Of a stretch of 60,992 bases of DNA, positions 1 to 6,668 are shown piece by piece. The notes below the pieces were generated by a model. It had not been told where the DNA came from. It was given only the letters and a program-made list of their open reading frames with translations, and did no database searches. Source of the DNA: a virus (Duplodnaviria > Caudoviricetes); the IMG/VR virus record IMGVR_UViG_3300030202_000714, positions 1 to 60,992 of that record. One strand, written 5' to 3'. Position 1 is the stretch's first letter; each line of letters opens with the position of its first letter. The translations under genes and the position numbers were made by a program.

Positions 1-351
1 GAAGTCATATTCCATATCAGACCATAAATGAGGTTCTATCCACACACCACCACCTGATGTCATTTCACTAATAGCTCTTTCAGACCATTCAGCGTAGTCT
101 TCATACTGATAACCATCTTGTGATACATAAGGTCTCTCATCATGAGTACACCAGTATATATCATAGCTATCAGCTGTTGATTCACTGTATATTTTTAGTA
201 TATGGTTCTTATCACACCAGTCAGTTGTATTATCTAGGTTTCCGCCATATTCTGATTCGATGTACTCGATCAGCCAATTAGCATCTGGTTCCTGCATTAT
301 TCCATCGCTCTCAAGAGCTTCAATAATAATATCATCTGTTAGTAACTCCAT
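1..351 (-). CDS. Highly acidic early protein, partial (runs off the left edge); DNA-mimic candidate
   Basis: Manual translation from ATG at 351: MELLTDDIIIEALESDG...WSDMEYDF, open to the window edge; about 29 D/E versus 4 K/R in 117 aa. Confidence 0.75.
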   Translation of the reverse strand, partial: MELLTDDIIIEALESDGIMQEPDANWLIEYIESEYGGNLDNTTDWCDKNHILKIYSESTADSYDIYWCTHDERPYVSQDGYQYEDYAEWSERAISEMTSGGGVWIEPHLWSDMEYDF

Positions 352-590
352 TATTCTTCGATTAGCATTCTGCCACCGTACATAATGTCTTTGGCTGTTA
401 CATCACTTGTATAAAGACCTGCGTAGGACAATAGGGCACTAACATCAGATACTGATAGTTCATGCCATAATACACTACTCATGAGTTTATACTTTAATCT
501 TTTAGCGCTGTCATATTTTCTAGCACTAGCTTGCAACTCTGATTTAAGACTAGGTTGCAGTAAGTCGTAGATTGATTTCATTTTACTCAT
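351..590 (-). CDS. Hypothetical early protein
   Basis: 79-aa ORF just downstream of motif copy 619-650, with A-rich leader AACAATTAAATATAATAACA. Confidence 0.75.
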   Translation of the reverse strand: MSKMKSIYDLLQPSLKSELQASARKYDSAKRLKYKLMSSVLWHELSVSDVSALLSYAGLYTSDVTAKDIMYGGRMLIEE

Positions 591-618
591 TGTTATTATA
601 TTTAATTGTTTGTATATA

Positions 619-650
619 TATTATCCGACTATTGTCGTATTTAATTTGTA
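619..650 (-). promoter_or_regulatory. Early promoter-like motif, copy 1 (TACAA-N6-TAC-N10-GGATAATA)
   Basis: Reverse complement TACAA ATTAAA TAC GACAATAGTC GGATAATA; spacing identical in all six copies. Confidence 0.8.
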
Positions 651-700
651 TTGAGGACGTGGCGGGAGTCGAACCCGCACCTTAGTACCGTAGCACGTCC
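651..700 (-). ncRNA. Mini tRNA-like element (acceptor stem plus T arm, no anticodon arm)
   Basis: Reverse complement GGACGTG-CTACGGTACTAAGGT-GCGGG-TTCGACT-CCCGC-CACGTCC-TCAA: perfect 7-bp acceptor-like stem, 5-bp T stem, TTCGA loop. Confidence 0.7.
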
Positions 701-775
701 ATAACCTCTCTTGTTTTCATCACAAGGCCTACTGTGTATTCCCGAGAGGCGCCACCATGGGATTCCCTGGTTAGC

Positions 776-1018
776 TTAGTTATATATTTTATTAGACTTA
801 CATACCATCCACTCGCAGTTAGTAGGCTTATGTCCTTTTAAAGTCATTAAGTCTTCATAGTCTTCGCATTGTAGATCTGCTCGTCTAATATTGTACATGA
901 ATACTCTGCCTAATTCAAAGTCTAGTATCCATAGATAATTTCTTGCGTCAGAGTTTTCTATTACCTCTAATCTTTCTTCGTCTTGCATTTCATGCCATTT
1001 CTTTACTGAATCACTCAT
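776..1018 (-). CDS. Hypothetical early protein
   Basis: 80-aa ORF within a tightly packed minus-strand run. Confidence 0.7.
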   Translation of the reverse strand: MSDSVKKWHEMQDEERLEVIENSDARNYLWILDFELGRVFMYNIRRADLQCEDYEDLMTLKGHKPTNCEWMVCKSNKIYN

Positions 1019-1229
1019 CGTAATATTTATTAGTTGTTACATCTAGTTTGTTAGCGATGTGGCGAGCGACCAGTCTCATAAGATAACTATGAGTGTCGTT
1101 TGTAAGTGGGGACTCAGCATCTTTAGGTAGAAACTGACCGACTTGCCAATCACTTTGTTTGTATATTTCTTCTATTATATCTGTAGCTATTTCTTCTGCT
1201 ACTATATTCATTTGTTTTATTACTGCCAT
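1011..1229 (-). CDS. Hypothetical early protein
   Basis: 72-aa ORF overlapping the next gene by 8 nt. Confidence 0.7.
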   Translation of the reverse strand: MAVIKQMNIVAEEIATDIIEEIYKQSDWQVGQFLPKDAESPLTNDTHSYLMRLVARHIANKLDVTTNKYYDE

Positions 1230-1233
1230 ATTA

Positions 1234-1446
1234 TTATCTTAAGCATGTTCCATAACCTCTACGAGCGCCAAGCTTTCTTACACGTTTCGCCTGTTCTTTC
1301 GGCATAATTTGTATAGTGTTACCGGTTTTATGGTATGTAAGGGATATACAGCCATAAGGTTCTACTGTGCTACAGTCGACGCAAGAGGTGTACCCAAGTG
1401 CGAGGCGCTGCGGAGGTATTATATTTTTACATTTACATTTTGTCAT
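1234..1446 (-). CDS. Small zinc-finger protein (DksA/TraR C4-type-like)
   Basis: CKC...IPPQRLALGYTSCVDC resembles the C4 finger pattern IPxxRL...CxxC. Confidence 0.6.
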   Translation of the reverse strand: MTKCKCKNIIPPQRLALGYTSCVDCSTVEPYGCISLTYHKTGNTIQIMPKEQAKRVRKLGARRGYGTCLR

Positions 1447-1453
1447 ACAATTA

Positions 1454-1485
1454 TATTATCCAACTGTATTTGTATTTTGTTTGTA
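1454..1485 (-). promoter_or_regulatory. Early promoter-like motif, copy 2
   Basis: Reverse complement TACAA ACAAAA TAC AAATACAGTT GGATAATA; contains the stop codon of 1456..1917. Confidence 0.8.
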
Positions 1486-1917
1486 ATTCTTTAGATAGTA
1501 TTCTAACATATAGTTTAATCTAGCAAGACCTGAATAGATTCTAGCTCTTGATATAGTATTATATGTTTTAGTTACTGTCTTATTTCCTTCTAAAAATACC
1601 CACTTTTTCTTTCTTTTATATGTAGGATTTAGTTGATAAGGTGAGTAGCAACCATTTTGTTTTCTAACATAACCTGTTTTGAAACACGCTAATCTTAATT
1701 TAGGAAACTGATTTGGATTTACTCTTCCATACCTTGTTTTAGGTGCTAGCGAAGATACAGGAAACTCAAATTCTCTTGTACCATTGATCGCTTGTCTTTG
1801 CGTAGTTACTTCTTTAATATTGTATTTAATAAGCAATTGTCTCGCAAAAGCGTCTTCTAACATTTGCTTTTCTTGTTGCCAAGTATATTTATACTCGCCG
1901 TTTTCTAGTATTCTCAT
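1456..1917 (-). CDS. Hypothetical basic early protein
   Basis: 153-aa ORF. Confidence 0.75.
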   Translation of the reverse strand: MRILENGEYKYTWQQEKQMLEDAFARQLLIKYNIKEVTTQRQAINGTREFEFPVSSLAPKTRYGRVNPNQFPKLRLACFKTGYVRKQNGCYSPYQLNPTYKRKKKWVFLEGNKTVTKTYNTISRARIYSGLARLNYMLEYYLKNYKQNTNTVG

Positions 1918-1919
1918 AG

Positions 1920-2165
1920 TTATTTATTAAATTGTTGCATCCACTCCCAGTCTTTACCGAAAGTTTCAGGTGCATATTTGTTATATAGTTCGCATAATTC
2001 TTTTGTCCAACCACCTACTGATTTGACTTTATCTTCAATAATATCACGCTCCATTCTGCCAGATTCATAGTATCTGTTGTCATCACTCATCATATAAGTG
2101 TGGTCATGACACTCAAACATTTCTTCGAGTGATAAATCTTTAAAGTATCTTGGTTTATTCGACAT
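1920..2165 (-). CDS. Hypothetical early protein
   Basis: 81-aa ORF containing HDHTYMMSDD. Confidence 0.75.
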   Translation of the reverse strand: MSNKPRYFKDLSLEEMFECHDHTYMMSDDNRYYESGRMERDIIEDKVKSVGGWTKELCELYNKYAPETFGKDWEWMQQFNK

Positions 2166-2298
2166 AGCTAATTCCGTTTATAGTTATATATTTACGCCAC
2201 TCTTTTGCATAAGGTATTCTTTCATGTAGAACTCCATCAACTAACACGTGAGTAGGCACACCGTGTACATTATGGTTTATATATTTTATCTTTTTCAT
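2155..2298 (-). CDS. Small hypothetical protein (47 aa)
   Basis: Manual translation MKKIKYINHNVHGVPTHVLVDG...GISYVE, directly after motif copy 3. Confidence 0.6.
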   Translation of the reverse strand: MKKIKYINHNVHGVPTHVLVDGVLHERIPYAKEWRKYITINGISYVE

Positions 2299-2303
2299 AT
2301 TAT

Positions 2304-2335
2304 TATTATCCAACTATTTTTGTATTTAAATTGTA
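2304..2335 (-). promoter_or_regulatory. Early promoter-like motif, copy 3
   Basis: Reverse complement TACAA TTTAAA TAC AAAAATAGTT GGATAATA. Confidence 0.8.
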
Positions 2336-2437
2336 ATTTCTATTAAATCTATTAAACCACTCATCTTCAATCATCATTATTTGTTGACGAGTAAGTTTAA
2401 TAATCTTCTTACTTGTATGTTTTCTATAACGTGCCAT
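2306..2437 (-). CDS. Small basic hypothetical protein (43 aa)
   Basis: MARYRKHTSKKIIK...NLNTKIVG; stop lies in the GGATAA of motif copy 3. Confidence 0.5.
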   Translation of the reverse strand: MARYRKHTSKKIIKLTRQQIMMIEDEWFNRFNRNYNLNTKIVG

Positions 2438-2567
2438 AGTAAACATCAGTATATTCTTCAACAGTTACCCACTTATTTATATCGTGTGAGTAAATCATGC
2501 CATCAATCACATGCTCATCAGCAAATGACCATAGTTTCTCGTGTGTGTGTTTTCTAGTAGTTGTCAT
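2424..2567 (-). CDS. Small hypothetical protein (47 aa)
   Basis: MTTTRKHTHEKLWSFADEHVIDG...YYGTL; overlaps both neighbours. Confidence 0.55.
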   Translation of the reverse strand: MTTTRKHTHEKLWSFADEHVIDGMIYSHDINKWVTVEEYTDVYYGTL

Positions 2568-2673
2568 AGACAAGTTGATTTACGTGAGATTTCTCTTCAC
2601 TGGTTAGTAAATTGTAGTGTTTGTTATATATTCTAAACGCTACTTTTAATTTATATGTATTTATATGTGCCAT
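2554..2673 (-). CDS. Small hypothetical protein (39 aa)
   Basis: MAHINTYKLKVAFRIY...LVYDNY. Confidence 0.5.
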   Translation of the reverse strand: MAHINTYKLKVAFRIYNKHYNLLTSEEKSHVNQLVYDNY

Positions 2674-2682
2674 AGTTTAATT

Positions 2683-2784
2683 TTAGCATGGACAAAATAT
2701 CCATAGTGAGATGTATAATATGTAGAATATTAATGCTACAAATACAAAGTTTATTATTATATCTATTATTTTATTCTTTTTCAT
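2683..2784 (-). CDS. Single-pass membrane micropeptide (33 aa)
   Basis: MKKNKIIDIIINFVFVALIFYILYISLWIFCPC; ATGA overlap with the upstream ORF. Confidence 0.5.
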   Translation of the reverse strand: MKKNKIIDIIINFVFVALIFYILYISLWIFCPC

Positions 2785-2924
2785 CTTATTAATATATTAG
2801 CAGTTGCACCTTCGAATATAATAGCATAAATCATTATTGCAATTCCAGTAAATGCTAGTGTGCCAAGTGCACCGATGAATAGTTTGATTGCTACATTAAG
2901 AGCAATGTGAGTGAATTTTCTCAT
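2781..2924 (-). CDS. Membrane micropeptide (47 aa)
   Basis: MRKFTHIALNVAIKLFIGALGTLAFTGIAIMIYAIIF...; conserved A-rich leader. Confidence 0.55.
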   Translation of the reverse strand: MRKFTHIALNVAIKLFIGALGTLAFTGIAIMIYAIIFEGATANILIR

Positions 2925-2944
2925 AGTTAATTGTATTTAATTGT

Positions 2945-2991
2945 TAGTACTAGTGTGTGTAATCGAAACGCACCTCTGCTCCAAGACTAGT
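2945..2991 (-). ncRNA. Second, more degenerate mini tRNA-like element
   Basis: Reverse complement ACTAGT-CTTGGAGCAGAG-GTGCGT-TTCGATT-ACACAC-ACTAGT-ACTA; same architecture as 651-700 with one T-stem mismatch. Confidence 0.5.
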
Positions 2992-3051
2992 TATTCAACT
3001 GTATTTATACTCGAGAGAACTTTGAACGCCGAGTGAATAAAGAATTAGTTA

Positions 3052-3279
3052 TTAAACTAACTCTTTATCTCTAAGTACTAAAGGTATATTGTTAGTAGCA
3101 GTATACGATTTGTACTTTAACCAACATGGTAGTGTAGTTAGTGTATCTTTCATTATTGAAAATACTTTGTCGTGATTGTAAGTTATCTTGTCACCTTTTT
3201 TGTTAGTGAATTCGAATGTTACATTTTTACCGATTAGTGATTGTCTTACGACAAATCTTTTAGTGATTAAGTTACTCAT
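3052..3279 (-). CDS. Hypothetical early protein
   Basis: 75-aa ORF downstream of motif copy 4, with the conserved leader. Confidence 0.8.
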   Translation of the reverse strand: MSNLITKRFVVRQSLIGKNVTFEFTNKKGDKITYNHDKVFSIMKDTLTTLPCWLKYKSYTATNNIPLVLRDKELV

Positions 3280-3316
3280 AGTTATTATATTTAATTGTTA
3301 TTATTAGTTACATTTA

Positions 3317-3348
3317 TATTATCCAAGTTGTATTGTATTGTATTTGTA
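3317..3348 (-). promoter_or_regulatory. Early promoter-like motif, copy 4
   Basis: Reverse complement TACAA ATACAA TAC AATACAACTT GGATAATA. Confidence 0.8.
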
Positions 3349-3454
3349 AAAGTAGTATGTTTGTTTATTAGTAGTTTTAATGTTAGTAGTATTCCGCACA
3401 CTCTCACAACTTCTAATTTTATAATTCATAATTATTACTTTTTACTTACATTAT

Positions 3455-3486
3455 TATTATCCATTTAGTATTGTAGTGAGTTTGTA
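3455..3486 (-). promoter_or_regulatory. Early promoter-like motif, copy 5
   Basis: Reverse complement TACAA ACTCAC TAC AATACTAAAT GGATAATA. Confidence 0.8.
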
Positions 3487-3558
3487 ATAATATGTGAAAT
3501 GTTTTTATAAAATGAATATAAGTAGATGAGCGAGGTGAGCATAATAGTTAACATGTAT

Positions 3559-3590
3559 TACAGAGTAAATACGAAAAATCAAGGATAATA
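3559..3590 (+). promoter_or_regulatory. Promoter-like motif, copy 6, divergent (rightward)
   Basis: TACAG AGTAAA TAC GAAAAATCAA GGATAATA. Confidence 0.7.
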
Positions 3591-3700
3591 AGGGTATAAG
3601 CTGGCGGGGCTAGCTAAATAAAAGGCGTTTTCCTATATGGCATGGTGGTGGAGGGGAGGGGAGCAACACAAACTATCTAATTATCTTATAATTTTTTTTA

Positions 3701-3743
3701 TGACAGTAGCCTTATAGAGTACCCTAGTAATAGGCTAGTGTCA
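3701..3743. repeat. Imperfect inverted repeat in the strand-switch region
   Basis: TGACAgTAGCCT ... AGGCTAgTGTCA. Confidence 0.6.
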
Positions 3744-3786
3744 CTATAGCTTTAAATATCACTTTTTACGTGTAATTATATTGTAT

Positions 3787-4008
3787 ATGGCAAGAGCAAA
3801 TTCACAAGGACTGAGTCCAACAGCATTAAGAGCAAAGCGAGCTAGAGATTTAGCAGCAGCTAAAACACCTAAACGTAGAGCCCGTAAAGCTGAGAACCAG
3901 AGGATAGGTCAAAAACCAGGATCTGACTTGCATCATACATCCAGTGGAACAGTAATACGCACATCGATAGCTTATAATAGAGCTACACATGATAGAGGCG
4001 AAGTATAA
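3787..4008 (+). CDS. Small basic protein, possible degenerate HNH-like
   Basis: ATG at 3787; Arg/Lys-rich N-terminus followed by DLHH...NR. Confidence 0.55.
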   Translation: MARANSQGLSPTALRAKRARDLAAAKTPKRRARKAENQRIGQKPGSDLHHTSSGTVIRTSIAYNRATHDRGEV

Positions 4009-4110
4009 TGGATTTTATACTATGTTTATTATTAGTTGTGTTAAGTTTTGTCTTCCACATGGTAGTGTATGAAGATTAACCTAATTATTAACCCTTAAAA
4101 AACCAAAATT

Positions 4111-4395
4111 ATGACGTTTTTTTATTCGACTAGAACGTGGAATAGTCAACCACAAATTACCGATGAAACCATTTCTTGGTGGAAACATTTATCTACTAAG
4201 AAAAACTGGAGAATAGTTCAGTTACCAAATGGCTTTTATCAAACCGAATACCTAGATTTAGATGAAAACTGGGTAGATGTTACAAGAAGAGAAACAATTG
4301 AATCAGCTGAGGCTGCAATTGATGGTAGCATCGAACATTACAACAAAAAGTTAGAGTTCACAAAAGGACCTAAAGTTGTAAAAACATTTAAATAG
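4111..4395 (+). CDS. Hypothetical protein
   Basis: 94-aa ORF with an A-rich leader, upstream of groEL. Confidence 0.8.
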   Translation: MTFFYSTRTWNSQPQITDETISWWKHLSTKKNWRIVQLPNGFYQTEYLDLDENWVDVTRRETIESAEAAIDGSIEHYNKKLEFTKGPKVVKTFK

Positions 4396-4417
4396 TAACT
4401 AAATAAAATATAATTTA

Positions 4418-5977
4418 ATGGAATTTAATAACCCAAGTCAATTGGTCAAGCATCTTAACTTTGGTGATGATGCTAATGACAAAATAATGAGTGGTGTAGA
4501 TCAACTAGCTAAAGCTGTTAAATCTACACTAGGTGCTTCTGGTAAATGCGTTATATATGAAGATGCAACAGGAAGACCGGTGATTACAAAAGATGGTGTA
4601 ACCGTTGCGGAAAGCGTAGTCTTATATGATCCGGTCGAAAATATAGGTGCAACACTTATAAAGGAAGCAGCTAAAAACACGGTGAAAGAAGCTGGAGACG
4701 GTACCACAACGGCTATCGTCTTAGCTGAATCACTACTAAAAGAAGTAAATAACAGCGATAATGTACGAGAAATTAAAGAAGGTATTAACTCAGGACTTGA
4801 AAAAGTTAATAAATACCTTTCTAAACACTCCAAAGCAGTATCTGGCGATAATCTTAAATACGTATCAACAATAAGTTGTAACAATGATAGTGAATTAGGT
4901 GGTATTATAGCCGATGCTTACACGAAAGTAGGTAAAGATGGTGTAGTATTGATGGAGGAAAGTGAGACGGATGAAACTTATACAGACATCGTTGAAGGTG
5001 TACAGTTAGAAAATGGCTTAACATCGCCATATTTTGCTACAGACACTGAAAAACAAAAATGTGAATTAGAAAATCCGCTAATTTTAATAGTTTCTAGTGA
5101 AATTCCTAGTGTTAGGAAGATACAAAACATACTAGAACATGTAATTAAGAATAATAGATCGCTTTTAATAGTGGCTACTGTTGCTCAGCAGGTAAAATCT
5201 GCGCTTTTAATGAATAAAGTTAAAGGTAATATAAAAGTAAACATTATAAATCCACCAGGATTTGGCCCAACTAAGCGAGATACTATAGATGATTTAGCTA
5301 TTTTAACAGGGGCTAAGGTAATAAATGAAGAATTAGGTGACGATTTGGATCTAATTCAACCAGATTGTCTTGGTGAAGCTAAATTTTCAATAACTGACGA
5401 TAAAAATACAGTTATAACTACTTATAATGTACAAGAAGACATAGAGGGTAGGGTAAAAGAGGTTAAAAAGCTCATAAAAAATGAAAAAAATGGCTTTTTA
5501 AGAAAAAAATTAGAAAATAGACTTGCTATGTTATGCGGTTCTGTTGGTATTATACGTGTTGGTGCTAATTCTAAGGTAGAATTAAAAGAAAAGAAGGATA
5601 GAGTTGAAGATGCAATATACGCAGTTAAAGCCGCTTTGCAAGAAGGTATTGTCCCAGGTGGCGGTATCGCTCTTTTAAATGCTGCAAATAACATAAAGTT
5701 TGATAATATTGGGGAGAATATACTAGCTACAGCAATTCAAGCACCATTTAAAACCATTATGGCAAATGCTGGTATTGAAAACTACGATACGCCTAAAGAT
5801 TTAGGTGTTGGGTACAATGTAATTTCCGGTAAACTAGTTGATATGGTTGACTCTGGTATCGTAGACCCCGTCTTAGTTACAAAGACAGCACTAAAAAATG
5901 CAGTTAGTGTTGCAACTACTATATTTTCTGCAGATTGTGTAATTAATAATATAAGAGTAGAAAATGCGAGCAGTTAG
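4418..5977 (+). CDS. groEL: Phage-encoded chaperonin GroEL (Cpn60)
   Basis: ITKDGVTVA, AGDGTTTA, PGFG, EGIVPGGG and GIVDP motifs; no GGM tail. Confidence 0.97.
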   Translation: MEFNNPSQLVKHLNFGDDANDKIMSGVDQLAKAVKSTLGASGKCVIYEDATGRPVITKDGVTVAESVVLYDPVENIGATLIKEAAKNTVKEAGDGTTTAIVLAESLLKEVNNSDNVREIKEGINSGLEKVNKYLSKHSKAVSGDNLKYVSTISCNNDSELGGIIADAYTKVGKDGVVLMEESETDETYTDIVEGVQLENGLTSPYFATDTEKQKCELENPLILIVSSEIPSVRKIQNILEHVIKNNRSLLIVATVAQQVKSALLMNKVKGNIKVNIINPPGFGPTKRDTIDDLAILTGAKVINEELGDDLDLIQPDCLGEAKFSITDDKNTVITTYNVQEDIEGRVKEVKKLIKNEKNGFLRKKLENRLAMLCGSVGIIRVGANSKVELKEKKDRVEDAIYAVKAALQEGIVPGGGIALLNAANNIKFDNIGENILATAIQAPFKTIMANAGIENYDTPKDLGVGYNVISGKLVDMVDSGIVDPVLVTKTALKNAVSVATTIFSADCVINNIRVENASS

Positions 5978-6230
5978 TTTATATATAGTAGTAGAAAACA
6001 TAAAGCTAAAACCTAAAACAATAGGTGGCTTAGAAATATCTGATAACATAGACAGTGACAATAGATATTTAAAAGGAAAAGTTATTAGTAAAGGTGATCT
6101 TTGTCCTCCAGATGAGGTTTTAAAAGTAGACGATATTGTCTATTATGACAAACATGCTGGCCACGAGATAACATATAATAACAAACAATACTATGTCATG
6201 ACTATTAAAGACATAGTTTTAGTAGAATGA
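5964..6230 (+). CDS. groES: Co-chaperonin GroES (Cpn10)
   Basis: KTIGGLEI mobile loop, GKVIS.G, LKVDDIVYYDKHAG; adjacent to groEL. Confidence 0.85.
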   Translation: MRAVSLYIVVENIKLKPKTIGGLEISDNIDSDNRYLKGKVISKGDLCPPDEVLKVDDIVYYDKHAGHEITYNNKQYYVMTIKDIVLVE

Positions 6231-6667
6231 GATTAAGTGCATCCGATCTCAGAGAATTAAATATATTTAAGTATTACAGGCTCGTTCGTAAATGGGCTTG
6301 TAAAACTTATAATTTAAAGGATGCAGATTTAGAATTATTAATATACTTAGACTGTAAAGGTAAATTTACACGTCAAGAATTCATAGATGGTGTATACACT
6401 ATGTCTTGGGATAAAAACCGCTGGGAACGTTTAAAACGCGAAGGCTGGATAGAGACATGGAGACACCGTAACCGCACTTCAATAAAATATAGCATTTTTA
6501 AGACATCATTTAAATGCTCACAACTAATCACAAGAATATATAGAATCCTATTAGCAGAGGAAGACTTACCTACATCAGAACGTAGTATTTTTTATAAAAA
6601 TAATTCGTATACTGATAAGGTGTTTAATAAGGCTATAGATGACATGTTAAAAGATAATACAAGATAA
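6227..6667 (+). CDS. Hypothetical protein, possible winged-helix DNA-binding protein
   Basis: DLELLIYL...FTRQEF...WERLKREGWI pattern resembles MarR-like wHTH. Confidence 0.5.
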   Translation: MRLSASDLRELNIFKYYRLVRKWACKTYNLKDADLELLIYLDCKGKFTRQEFIDGVYTMSWDKNRWERLKREGWIETWRHRNRTSIKYSIFKTSFKCSQLITRIYRILLAEEDLPTSERSIFYKNNSYTDKVFNKAIDDMLKDNTR

Positions 6668-6668
6668 T

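Noticed and set aside
651-700. Canonical tRNA gene or tmRNA
   Set aside because: No D or anticodon arm and no tag ORF between the stem halves; reported as a mini tRNA-like element instead
3005-3040. ACTCG/CGAGT hairpin as a third tRNA-like element
   Set aside because: GTTCAAA is present on the minus strand but no convincing T stem forms
619-3590. CRISPR array or attC-like cassette repeats
   Set aside because: The repeats are gapped, non-palindromic motifs with irregular gene-sized spacing; no cas or integrase gene is present
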